Origin: an uncultured Bacilli bacterium
GTDB lineage: Bacteria; Bacillota_I; Bacilli_A; RF39; UBA660
Assembly (NCBI GenBank): GCA_947630575.1
Contig: CANRIB010000003.1
Span: 15,670 to 79,669, forward strand
Direction: 5' to 3'
DNA: 64,000 nucleotides
The notes under the pieces are model-generated. The model searched no databases. It was not told the DNA's origin and saw nothing but the letters and a program-made list of their open reading frames with translations. Every line of letters begins with the position of its first letter. Positions within the stretch are counted from its first letter, which is position 1. Below are positions 1 to 8,322 of the stretch, in pieces. Made by a program: the position numbers and the translations under genes.

Positions 1-395
1 GCTACAATAAAACCGATATTTAATATTCCATAAAGAAGAATTGCTACATTAATAAATGCTGCTTTAGAAGAAAGGGGATAACTACTTTCTTTTTTTACTA
101 ATGCTAACTTCGGTCCATCATTATCTTTAGTATATAAATCATTGACATCCATAGGGTTACTTTGCCTAAAAATTTCTGCAATCTCTAAACCTTCACCATT
201 ATTTTGTTTAGCCATCTCATATAATTTATTTCCATACATAGATTTAGTTTTCCCAATATAACTATCATTAGGAATTCTAGCCAAAGTATCAATAGTCCTT
301 GCTAGTAAAACTTTATTTTCTTCCGTCAAATAATCTTTATATTCATAAGCACTAGCAATCCAAGAAAAATTTCTTTCTAATTCTTCATTATTCAT
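1..395 (-). CDS. hypothetical protein; N-terminal part only, gene runs off the window start
   Basis: Minus-strand open frame starts at ATG 395..393 (MNNEELERNFSWIASAYEYKDY...). A GGGAGG RBS lies at 403-408, and the start is 17 nt after the stop of the 412..732 ORF, which looks like an operon. No family recognised. Confidence 0.5.
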   Translation of the reverse strand, partial: MNNEELERNFSWIASAYEYKDYLTEENKVLLARTIDTLARIPNDSYIGKTKSMYGNKLYEMAKQNNGEGLEIAEIFRQSNPMDVNDLYTKDNDGPKLALVKKESSYPLSSKAAFINVAILLYGILNIGFIV

Positions 396-411
396 ATTAA
401 GGCCTCCCATC

Positions 412-732
412 CTAAACTGCATTTGAAGTATTGTAAATATTGTCTTCTAAAAACTCTACAAATTTATATAATCCCTTAGTTTCTTTATTTAAATTAACGA
501 TTTTAATAAACTCTTCAGGTGTAACATTCCAAGCATATCCCGGTAATGTTCTTAAATCAAAAGTAAGAGGAACATTAATATTTTTACCATCTTTCTGATA
601 ACATAAGACATTATCCACACAACTTAAACCACTAAGATTAGGATAAAACTCTAAATTTTGTCTAAATATAAAATCATTGATATTTATAATTTTACTTTTA
701 CTTAAGTCATTATCGTTAATCACTAGCCTCAT
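412..732 (-). CDS. hypothetical protein (106 aa)
   Basis: ORF from the track, tightly followed by the next minus-strand ORF. No motif recognised. Confidence 0.45.
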   Translation of the reverse strand: MRLVINDNDLSKSKIININDFIFRQNLEFYPNLSGLSCVDNVLCYQKDGKNINVPLTFDLRTLPGYAWNVTPEEFIKIVNLNKETKGLYKFVEFLEDNIYNTSNAV

Positions 733-828
733 CTCTCTCTATTATTATATATTGTATCAAAAAAAATATTAAAAAACAACACTAAACAAATAAAAAAATA
801 TGTAGTATAATATCAATTGGGGATTAAT

Positions 829-2124
829 ATGCAAAAAATAGACAAAAAATATGTTATAGAAATAAGTAATAAAAAAAATGAAGACCAAAAGATGTTAGAT
901 TTTCGTCTTAAATCTCTAGCTAAATTTAATGAACTAGAAAATCCAACTTTTGGCCCTAAACTAAATATTGATTTTTCATCAATCACTTATTATAAAGATA
1001 ATAAAAATAAAATTACTGATGATTGGACCAAAGTTGACAAAAATATTGAAAAAACTTTTTGCGATTTAGGAGTTATTAAAGCTGAACAAGAATATTTATA
1101 TGGAGTAACCAATCAATATGAAAGTGAAGTTATTTATCATAATATTAAAGATAAAAATAGTAAAGTTATATTCACTAGTACTGATGAAGCTTTAAAAAAT
1201 TATCCAGAATTATTTTATAAATATTTTAATAATCTAGTAAAATATGATGAAAATAAATATACGGCCCTAAATGGAGCTTTTTGGAGTGGAGGATCTTTTA
1301 TTTATATACCTAAACATACCAAATTAGATCGTCCCTTACAAAGTTACTTTCGTATTGACTCTGAAAATTTAGGTCAATTTGAACGAACTATTATTATAGT
1401 TGATGATTATGCGGAACTAGAATATATTGAAGGCTGTACTGCTAGAAGTTATTCTACAACTTCTCTTCATGCTGGAGTTGTTGAAATTTATGTTGGGAAA
1501 CACGCGAAATGCAAATATTCAACTATCCAAAATTGGAGTAAAGATGTTTATAATTTGGTTACTAAAAGAGCTATTGTAGAAGAATATGGTACCATGGAAT
1601 GGGTAGATGGTAATATTGGCTCCGGAATTACCATGAAATATCCATCTTGTATTTTAAAAGGTAATTATTCCAGTGGCAATTCTATAAGTATCGCTTACGC
1701 TAATGAAGGTCAAATAATCGATGCTGGTGCTAAAATGATTCATTTGGGCCATCATACCAAAAGCAATATTGTTAGTAAATCTATTTCTATAAATGGAGGA
1801 ACAAGTATATATCGTGGTACTACCAAAATAACTAAAAGTGCCACTAACTCTAAAGCTACTATTAAATGTGATACCATTATTTTAGACGATAAAAGTAAAA
1901 GTGATACTATTCCTAATAATATTGTTAGCAATGATAGTTCTTTTATTGAACATGAAGCTACTGTATCTAAAGTAAATAAAGAAAAACTATTCTATTTAAT
2001 GAGCAAAGGCTTAAGTGAAGAGTTAGCTAAAGAATTACTAGTCATGGGCTTTATTAAAGACTTTAAACATGAACTTCCTATGGAATATGCTGTAGAATTA
2101 AATCGTTTATTGAAAAATTACTAA
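829..2124 (+). CDS. sufB: Fe-S cluster assembly protein SufB
   Basis: SufB-type sequence blocks are present (FIYIPK, YIEGCTA, LHAGVVEIY, STIQNWS, IHLGHHTKSNIVSKSIS). ATG 829 is preferred over the track's TTG 817 because of the GGGG upstream. Confidence 0.85.
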   Translation: MQKIDKKYVIEISNKKNEDQKMLDFRLKSLAKFNELENPTFGPKLNIDFSSITYYKDNKNKITDDWTKVDKNIEKTFCDLGVIKAEQEYLYGVTNQYESEVIYHNIKDKNSKVIFTSTDEALKNYPELFYKYFNNLVKYDENKYTALNGAFWSGGSFIYIPKHTKLDRPLQSYFRIDSENLGQFERTIIIVDDYAELEYIEGCTARSYSTTSLHAGVVEIYVGKHAKCKYSTIQNWSKDVYNLVTKRAIVEEYGTMEWVDGNIGSGITMKYPSCILKGNYSSGNSISIAYANEGQIIDAGAKMIHLGHHTKSNIVSKSISINGGTSIYRGTTKITKSATNSKATIKCDTIILDDKSKSDTIPNNIVSNDSSFIEHEATVSKVNKEKLFYLMSKGLSEELAKELLVMGFIKDFKHELPMEYAVELNRLLKNY

Positions 2125-2258
2125 TTTTACTAAATCTGCTAAACAATTTTTTAATTTCTGCTTAGCAGATTTTTTATTTTTATCTAGCCAAATATCTAAA
2201 ATCTGTATTTTGACAGTTACTTGACCAAATGTTATATTGAGCTTGAAAGGAGGTCAAT

Positions 2259-2591
2259 ATGAATCAAGTAACCTTAGTCGGAAGACTAACCCAAGACCCG
2301 GAAGTTAAAACAAATTCCGATGGAACATGTCGTACAATCATAAATGTTGCTATCTCTAGGGACTATCGCAACAGTGATGGCATATATGAAGCCGATTTTA
2401 TCAAATGTGTTCTTTGGAACGGTATCGCTGCCGCGACTAAAGATTATTGTCATAAAGGCGATGTTGTCGGTGTCAAAGGTAAACTTCAAACCCGTTCTTA
2501 TGAAACTGAAAACAAAGAAAAAAAATACGTTACCGAAGTAATTGTCGATAAAGTTACTTTTATAAGTTCTAATCCACCAAAAAAAGCTTGA
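2259..2591 (+). CDS. ssb: single-stranded DNA-binding protein, short form without acidic C-terminal tip
   Basis: OB-fold SSB N-terminus MNQVTLVGRLTQDPEV with a GGAGG RBS. The 110-aa protein ends ...SSNPPKKA and has no D-D-D-x-P-F tail. Confidence 0.85.
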   Translation: MNQVTLVGRLTQDPEVKTNSDGTCRTIINVAISRDYRNSDGIYEADFIKCVLWNGIAAATKDYCHKGDVVGVKGKLQTRSYETENKEKKYVTEVIVDKVTFISSNPPKKA

Positions 2592-2714
2592 TATTTTCCT
2601 CAATATGATTGATAATTATTAAAAACTATTTGGTAATTTTTACCATAGGTGGAAAAATTACAAATCTAATGCAAGTAAAGTTATAATCAGTATTGAGGCG
2701 AGGGTGATGGGAGG

Positions 2715-3065
2715 ATGTTAAACGGAACTAGGCTTAGAGAAGTCAGAAAAAATAAAGGTTTAACACAGACACAACTAGGGGATTTAATCGGTGTTGGAAA
2801 ATCAGCAATATGCTGTTATGAAAAAGAAACACGAAACCCGACTTTAGAAGCAGTCATTGAAATGATACATGTTTTTGGAGTAAGTGCTGATTATCTTTTA
2901 GGTTCAGATTATCTTATTAAAACAAAAGAAATGACCGAATATGTCCAAATGACACGTGAAGAAATTATTTTTATTGAAGAAATCAAGAAAAATAAAATGG
3001 TTTATGAGATTTTAATGCAAGACCCTAAAAGAGGAGCAGAACTAGTAAAAAAATGGCTAAATTAA
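2715..3065 (+). CDS. XRE-family helix-turn-helix transcriptional regulator
   Basis: The N-terminus LREVRKNKGLTQTQLGDLIGVGKSAICCYEKETRNPTLE is a typical Cro/C1 HTH. A GGGAGG RBS is present. Confidence 0.8.
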   Translation: MLNGTRLREVRKNKGLTQTQLGDLIGVGKSAICCYEKETRNPTLEAVIEMIHVFGVSADYLLGSDYLIKTKEMTEYVQMTREEIIFIEEIKKNKMVYEILMQDPKRGAELVKKWLN

Positions 3066-3102
3066 GTTTTAGCTTTTTTTATTTTTCATATAATTTTTTT
3101 AG

Positions 3103-3897
3103 GTGATAACTTTGAAGAAATATTATCAATTATTTGGTTTAACCATAATTATGCTTTTTAGCTTTTACTATACAGAGCAAATTGCCACCTTAGTTTTAAA
3201 CAAAAATCCTTTAATGATTAAAATAAATAAAGAAAAAGAAAACTATAATATTAAAAGTGTTAATGCTATAATTGAAGGAGATTATATTATTCCCGGTCTA
3301 AATGGTTTAGAAGTAAATGCCCGAGATTCTTTTTATCGTATGCAAAATATTGATGCTTTTAATGAATATTTTTTAGTATTCAATCAAATAAAACCTCAAA
3401 TCTCATTAAACAACCATAAAGATAAAATAATTAAACAAGGCAATAAAACCCAAAAAAAAGTAAGTTTTATTCTAGAAGAAAATAAAGAACTAGAAAATTA
3501 TTTTATAAATAATAATATTAAAGCTAATATCTTAGTTAAATTAGATACATATCAAAAAAATAACTTCTTAGAAAGTATTAACAATGACTTAACTAACTTT
3601 AAAGCTTTAGAAAATAATCTTAACTTAAATAAAGAAAATAAAAATATATGTGTTCTAAATTATGAATTAAAAGATATATGTAAAAAATATCGCAACTATC
3701 TAGTTGAACCAACTTTAACCCTAACTAATAATAATTTAATTGAAATAAAAAAAGACCTTCAAAATGGCTCCATAATTTTACTTAAAAATACTGCCAAGCT
3801 TTCAGATTTAAAAATATTAATTAAAGAAATAAACTTTAAAAATCTAAGTATAGTCCCATTAAGTGAACTAATAAGCGAAGAAAATAAAGCAAAATAA
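3103..3897 (+). CDS. membrane-anchored hypothetical protein, possibly a degenerate polysaccharide-deacetylase-like fold
   Basis: N-terminal TM segment (FGLTIIMLFSFYY). There is weak resemblance to NodB-type sporulation deacetylases (GSIILLK..., ...VPLSELI), but the catalytic motifs are not visible. Confidence 0.35.
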   Translation: MITLKKYYQLFGLTIIMLFSFYYTEQIATLVLNKNPLMIKINKEKENYNIKSVNAIIEGDYIIPGLNGLEVNARDSFYRMQNIDAFNEYFLVFNQIKPQISLNNHKDKIIKQGNKTQKKVSFILEENKELENYFINNNIKANILVKLDTYQKNNFLESINNDLTNFKALENNLNLNKENKNICVLNYELKDICKKYRNYLVEPTLTLTNNNLIEIKKDLQNGSIILLKNTAKLSDLKILIKEINFKNLSIVPLSELISEENKAK

Positions 3898-4089
3898 AAA
3901 GCGAGACACAAACATAAATGAGGGGAAATACTTGCTAAATGAATTAATAAAATGAATTTTGGCAATGAACATATTAAATTTTTAAAATAGCAAGTAAGGG
4001 AGTTGCCTCGCTTAAAACCAGTATATTATACTAACTGCAATTTGGTAAAGAATAAAATTAACAAAAAACAACAATAATAAACATATAAA

Positions 4090-4533
4090 CTAAATAGATT
4101 CATCCACTTTCCCCAGTAAATAATCAGCAGAAACTTTATATGTTTTACATATCGCATAAAGATAAAAAGTAGAAACTAAATTACTACCTCTTTCATACAT
4201 TGCAATAGACGATTGAGTAGTTTTCAATATTTCTGCTAATTTTTCTTGTGTAATTTTATTACTTTTTCTCCAGTCTTTAAGTCTTTTTCCAATCAAAACT
4301 TTATCATTATTTATTTTTTCAAAAGTTAATTCTTTTTTAGAAGTTAAACCAAACATATAATCCATTGAAACATGATAATAATTACATAACTTAATTAAAT
4401 ATTTAAGAGGCATAATAAAACACTCGCTCTCATAATGCGTATAGGTTATTTCATTAATTCCTAAAACTTTAGCAATATCTTTTTGCAACAAATTTTTATT
4501 AATTCTAAGTTCTTTCAAAGTTTCAGCATACAT
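4090..4533 (-). CDS. tandem (double) XRE-type HTH transcriptional regulator
   Basis: Two HTH units are present (LKELRINKNLLQKDIAKVLGINEITYTHYE and LKDWRKSNKITQEKLAEILKTTQSSIAMYE). The start is moved to MYAETL, which has an AGGTGA RBS. The gene is divergent from the 4702 gene. Confidence 0.75.
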   Translation of the reverse strand: MYAETLKELRINKNLLQKDIAKVLGINEITYTHYESECFIMPLKYLIKLCNYYHVSMDYMFGLTSKKELTFEKINNDKVLIGKRLKDWRKSNKITQEKLAEILKTTQSSIAMYERGSNLVSTFYLYAICKTYKVSADYLLGKVDESI

Positions 4534-4701
4534 AGTTATCACCTGATTTAATTTTCTCATTAAACAAATTCCAAAAAAATATAACCGTTAAAACTATGAT
4601 ATTTTTCTTGACTTTTGACATTTGCTAGATTATAATTTAAGCATAAGTTAGAAATTTCTAATATGATTGATAATAAGTTAATTATAAAGAAGGGAAGATT
4701 A

Positions 4702-6117
4702 ATGAAAGTAGAGAAGTTAAGTAAAAGAAAAAGTAAGAGAATAATATTAGTTATCACAATAATAGTATTGCTAGTAGGAATAATATATATAACAAATAGC
4801 AAAGCAAAATATCAAATAACCAAAAGTGTACAAATAGTTAATGGTAATGTTAATTATAGTTTAGCAGATTTAAATGTGTTAGCATTACAAGTACAAGATA
4901 GTAAAGGTAGTGAAACATATAATCAAGTAGAAACAGTGCCAATTGGTAATTATAAAGTAAATGTAGATAAAAGTTATTGCAAATATCCAGGAGATAATCT
5001 AGAGCATAAAGATATACCAATGGAATATAAAAATAATAGAGTTAGTATAAGTATAAACAAAAAGGGAACAAAATGTTATATATATTTAGATGTAGCAAGC
5101 ACTAAAAAAGTAGAAACAGCATTAGGAACTATAGATGTTAATTTATATATACCAGATTTTAATAAAACATCATGTGAAGATGGCTGTGAAGAAGCAACCA
5201 ATGGAATATATGAAGGAGAAGAAAATGGATTACCAACATATTATTTCCGAGGAACAGTAGATAATAACTATGTATTATTTGCAAATATGTATTGGCGCAT
5301 CATCCGAATTAATAGCAATGGTTCAATCAGAATTATTTATAATGGTTCTACACCAGGAGCAACAGGAAAAGCAACACAACTAAATAATGGAGAAGCGCAA
5401 ACATTTAGTAAAGATGCTAAAAACGACGACAATGCTTATGTAGGATATATGTATGGAGAAACTAGTCAAGCGCAAAGTCTAGATGGCTACAATGCAACTC
5501 ATGCAAACACTCATGATAGTGGAATAAAAGAATATATAGATAATTGGTATAAAAATGTATTATCAAAAGCAAAAAATAATGAAAAAAATGCAACAGAATA
5601 TATAGACATAGAAGCGGGATTTTGTGGAGATAGAACACCATTTCAATTTGATGGGATAAGTGTAACAACCAAACCAGATAAAAATGAATATGGAGCAGGA
5701 ACAACACCAACATATTATGGAGCATGGTATAGAAGAGATAGATCACATCAACTAACATTTGATTGTCCAAATGTATCAAATGACTTGTATACAGTAAGTG
5801 GAGCAAAAACTGGAAATCATGCTTTAACTAATCCAATAGGTTTAATAACAGCAGACGAAGTAATGTATGCAGGAGGACAACATAAAATTAATTCTGAATA
5901 CTGGTTATATACAGGAGAAGCAGGCTATTGGACCATGTCTTCGTCTAGCTTTAACAAAAATCCAGCTTTAGCTACCATACTGCATGTTAGTTCGGATGGC
6001 ACTCTGGGAGGCGACTACGTGAGCACAAAGCGTGGTGTGCGTCCTGTAATAAATTTGAAGGCTAATACTAAATTTACAGGAAGTGGAACAACAGATAGTC
6101 CATTTGTAGTTCAATAA
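4702..6117 (+). CDS. exported/membrane-anchored protein, paralog family member A1 (DUF6273-like C-terminal domain)
   Basis: N-terminal basic stretch plus TM (KRKSKRIILVITIIVLLVGIIY), with GAAGGGA RBS before the MKVEKL start. The C-terminal roughly 330 aa look about three-quarters identical by eye to the 56234..58081 product (YYFRGTVDNNYVLFANMYWRIIRINSNGSIRIIY, NPIGLITADEV, VRPVINLKAN). Confidence 0.75.
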   Translation: MKVEKLSKRKSKRIILVITIIVLLVGIIYITNSKAKYQITKSVQIVNGNVNYSLADLNVLALQVQDSKGSETYNQVETVPIGNYKVNVDKSYCKYPGDNLEHKDIPMEYKNNRVSISINKKGTKCYIYLDVASTKKVETALGTIDVNLYIPDFNKTSCEDGCEEATNGIYEGEENGLPTYYFRGTVDNNYVLFANMYWRIIRINSNGSIRIIYNGSTPGATGKATQLNNGEAQTFSKDAKNDDNAYVGYMYGETSQAQSLDGYNATHANTHDSGIKEYIDNWYKNVLSKAKNNEKNATEYIDIEAGFCGDRTPFQFDGISVTTKPDKNEYGAGTTPTYYGAWYRRDRSHQLTFDCPNVSNDLYTVSGAKTGNHALTNPIGLITADEVMYAGGQHKINSEYWLYTGEAGYWTMSSSSFNKNPALATILHVSSDGTLGGDYVSTKRGVRPVINLKANTKFTGSGTTDSPFVVQ

Positions 6118-6380
6118 TCTAATAATTTAAAATCCTTGCCTAAGTCGCTCTAAACTTATTCTTAGGCAAGATTAAATTCCATGCGAGGATATTCTCCTCG
6201 TCTTTTTTATTTATATAAATTAAAAAAATCAAATTATTCCCCATAATAAAACCTTATTAAAGGCTTATTATTAACAATAATTTGACATTTACTATTTTTT
6301 ATGTTATTTTTATTCTGCAAGGCACACCTTAGGGGGTTCTTGGAGCTTGCCACAATCTTCCAATGAAGGGAGTGGTTATT

Positions 6381-6449
6381 ATGAGTAAAAAAGATTTTTT
6401 AATCTCAACACTTTTAATAATAATTATTCTTTTAATTATTTTTAACTAG
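6381..6449 (+). CDS. candidate type I toxin, 22-aa hydrophobic peptide (MSKKDFLISTLLIIIILLIIFN)
   Basis: Too small for the ORF track. GAAGGGAGTGG RBS lies about 6 nt upstream, and a TTGACA(6282-6287)-17 nt-TGnTATTTT promoter lies upstream. The 5' UTR is complementary to the 3' UTR (see findings). Confidence 0.4.
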   Translation: MSKKDFLISTLLIIIILLIIFN

Positions 6450-6471
6450 AAATACTTAAAAACATTAAAAA

Positions 6472-6551
6472 TAAAAAAAGCACCACCAATTCCAAATAGG
6501 TAAGTGGTGCAAACCAATATATGGCAAGCACTAATCGTGCCTTGCTATATT
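6472..6551 (-). ncRNA. candidate antisense (antitoxin) sRNA overlapping the 3' UTR of the 22-aa ORF
   Basis: A minus-strand intrinsic terminator is present: stem 6504-6510/6480-6486 followed on the minus strand by C+T7 (6472-6479). A minus-strand TATAAT sits at 6563-6558, but the -35 is poor. Confidence 0.3.
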
Positions 6552-6677
6552 AAGTATATTATAATTTTTAATAAAAGTAAAGTGGTACTTGTAATATAAA
6601 CAGTTTTTTGGTATAATTAAAAACACCTTAAAACTTTTTTATTTATTATTTATATTAAATGAACGGAGGAATTTTAA

Positions 6678-8312
6678 ATGAGTAAAATAAAAATTTTTAG
6701 TTTGGGCGGACTTGACGAAAATGGCAAGAATATGTACGCGATTGAAATAGATAAAGATATTTTTTTATTTGACTGTGGTCTTAAATATGCCAGTGGTAAT
6801 ATGTTAGGTATTGATTACATAATTCCTGATTTTTCTTATTTAGTTAAAAATAGAAAAAGAATTAAAGGCTTATTTATAACTCATGGTCATTATGAAAACA
6901 TGGGTGCAACAAGTGATTTATTATCTGTTATTCCGAATTTAAAAGTTTATGCTACTAAATTTACTAAATATGTTTTAATGGAAATGGGTGTCAATAAAGA
7001 AAATATTATTGAAATAAAAGCTCATAAAAAGATTAATTTTGGTCATGTAAGTATTTTTCCTATCAGCGTTTCTCATAGTGCGCCCGATGCAGTCATGTAT
7101 GTTGTAAACACAAGAGATGGAGCTATATGTTATACTGGTGATTTCATTTTTGATCCATCTATGATGGGTGCTTATGATATGGACTTAGGTAAAATTGCCT
7201 ATATTGGTAAATTAGGGGTATTATGTTTATTATCCGAATCAGTATTTAGTGAAAATATTGGTCATACATCACCAAATCACAAACTTGAAGAAGTATTTAA
7301 AAAATCAATTAAAGATGCTGAAGGCCGTGTTATGTTCATGGTTTTACCAACCCATTTATATACTATTCAAGAAATATTTGATGCTGCCGTTAATTCCCAT
7401 CGTAAAGTTGTAATCATGGGTAAACGTCTTCAAAATATGATTAACTTTGGGTTAAATGAAGGATATTTAAAAGTAGAACAAGATATGCTTGGTGATTTAA
7501 CGAATATTAATGATTCTAATTCCATATTATTAATATGCGACGATAAAGCCAGTCCTTATGCTGCTATGTCTAAAATTTATAATGGTTATGACAAATTTAT
7601 CAAACTAAAACCTGATGATACTATTGTCTTTTCTGAGCCTCGCTACGACAGTAATGAAAAATTACTCGTAAAACTAGAAAATGACTTATCAGAAGTAGGC
7701 TGTGAAATTGTTAATATTCCAAGTGATAAAACTATTTTACATCATGCCTCAAGTGAAGACTTAATGCAAATGATAAAATTAATGCGTCCTAAATATTATA
7801 TGCCTGTAAAAGGTGAATACCGTTATATGGTTGGTAATGCGAATTTAGCAAATAGTTTAGGTATTCCAAAAGAGAATATTATCTTAAAGCAAAATGGTGA
7901 AGTTATTGAATTTGACAATGGTGAACTTATTGATAAACAAGAAAAAATCAAAGTAAATGATTGTCTAATCGATGGTAAATCAAGTGATGATATAGGAGAA
8001 CTAGTAATTAAAGACCGTGAAATGTTAAGTGAAAATGGTATAGTTTTAATTAGTGCTACTATCTCTAAACAAGATAAAGTCTTATTAGTAGGACCAGAAG
8101 TAACTACCCGTGGATTTATATATATCAAAGATAGTTTAGATATGATTAGTGAAATTAAAAAAATAAGTACCACTATTATTGAACGTAATATTACCCCAAA
8201 TTATGTTGATTACAATAAAATAAAAACTGAAATTAGAGATGAACTAAGTTATTATTTATATGGTGAAACAGAATGTAAACCTATGATAATCGCGGTAGTT
8301 CAAGAAGTATAG
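6678..8312 (+). CDS. rnj: ribonuclease J family protein (RNase J2-like, degenerate metal site)
   Basis: Collinear with the RNase J beta-CASP architecture (GGLDENGKNMY, LGIDYIIPDFSYL, KGLFITHGH, YTGDFIFD, RPKYYMPV.GEYR, GPEVTTRGFIY). Motif 2 reads HGHYEN instead of HGHEDH. Confidence 0.85.
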   Translation: MSKIKIFSLGGLDENGKNMYAIEIDKDIFLFDCGLKYASGNMLGIDYIIPDFSYLVKNRKRIKGLFITHGHYENMGATSDLLSVIPNLKVYATKFTKYVLMEMGVNKENIIEIKAHKKINFGHVSIFPISVSHSAPDAVMYVVNTRDGAICYTGDFIFDPSMMGAYDMDLGKIAYIGKLGVLCLLSESVFSENIGHTSPNHKLEEVFKKSIKDAEGRVMFMVLPTHLYTIQEIFDAAVNSHRKVVIMGKRLQNMINFGLNEGYLKVEQDMLGDLTNINDSNSILLICDDKASPYAAMSKIYNGYDKFIKLKPDDTIVFSEPRYDSNEKLLVKLENDLSEVGCEIVNIPSDKTILHHASSEDLMQMIKLMRPKYYMPVKGEYRYMVGNANLANSLGIPKENIILKQNGEVIEFDNGELIDKQEKIKVNDCLIDGKSSDDIGELVIKDREMLSENGIVLISATISKQDKVLLVGPEVTTRGFIYIKDSLDMISEIKKISTTIIERNITPNYVDYNKIKTEIRDELSYYLYGETECKPMIIAVVQEV

Positions 8313-8322
8313 GAGGGATTTC

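Noticed and set aside
2286-2603. Antisense 105-aa ORF and an overlapping 65-aa +2-frame ORF (2344..2541) inside ssb.
   Set aside because: Both are fully nested in a clearly recognisable SSB gene. They have no RBS and a low-complexity composition typical of shadow frames in AT-rich DNA.
3899-4013. Nested inverted repeats between convergent genes: aagcgag/ctcgctt encloses tacttgcta/tagcaagta, and the loop carries three aatgaa repeats.
   Set aside because: This could be an sRNA, but it sits where a bidirectional terminator or 3'-end structure is expected. It has no promoter or T-run that I can defend.
2259-4560. The SSB plus three XRE-type regulators suggested a prophage or ICE remnant.
   Set aside because: No integrase, recombinase, replication, structural or lysis genes lie nearby. 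XRE regulators here pair with the exported-protein cassettes instead.
2602-4674. An identical 15-mer, aatatgattgataat, lies upstream of the 2715 HTH gene (2602-2616) and in the A1 leader (4660-4674). It looked like a possible shared operator.
   Set aside because: A rough estimate for this AT-rich composition gives tens of chance 15-mer matches in 64 kb. The word is not palindromic, so the evidence is too weak.
4560-4802. 80-aa minus-strand ORF that spans the divergent promoter region and the start of A1.
   Set aside because: It overlaps a well-formed promoter/RBS and the signal-anchor coding region of A1. It has no RBS.
5462-5806. Antisense 114-aa ORF inside family member A1. A similar one (57432..57806) lies inside A2, so the pair looks 'conserved'.
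   Set aside because: The similarity only reflects duplication of the sense-strand gene. The products are His/Leu/Tyr-rich nonsense-like sequences without RBS or promoter.
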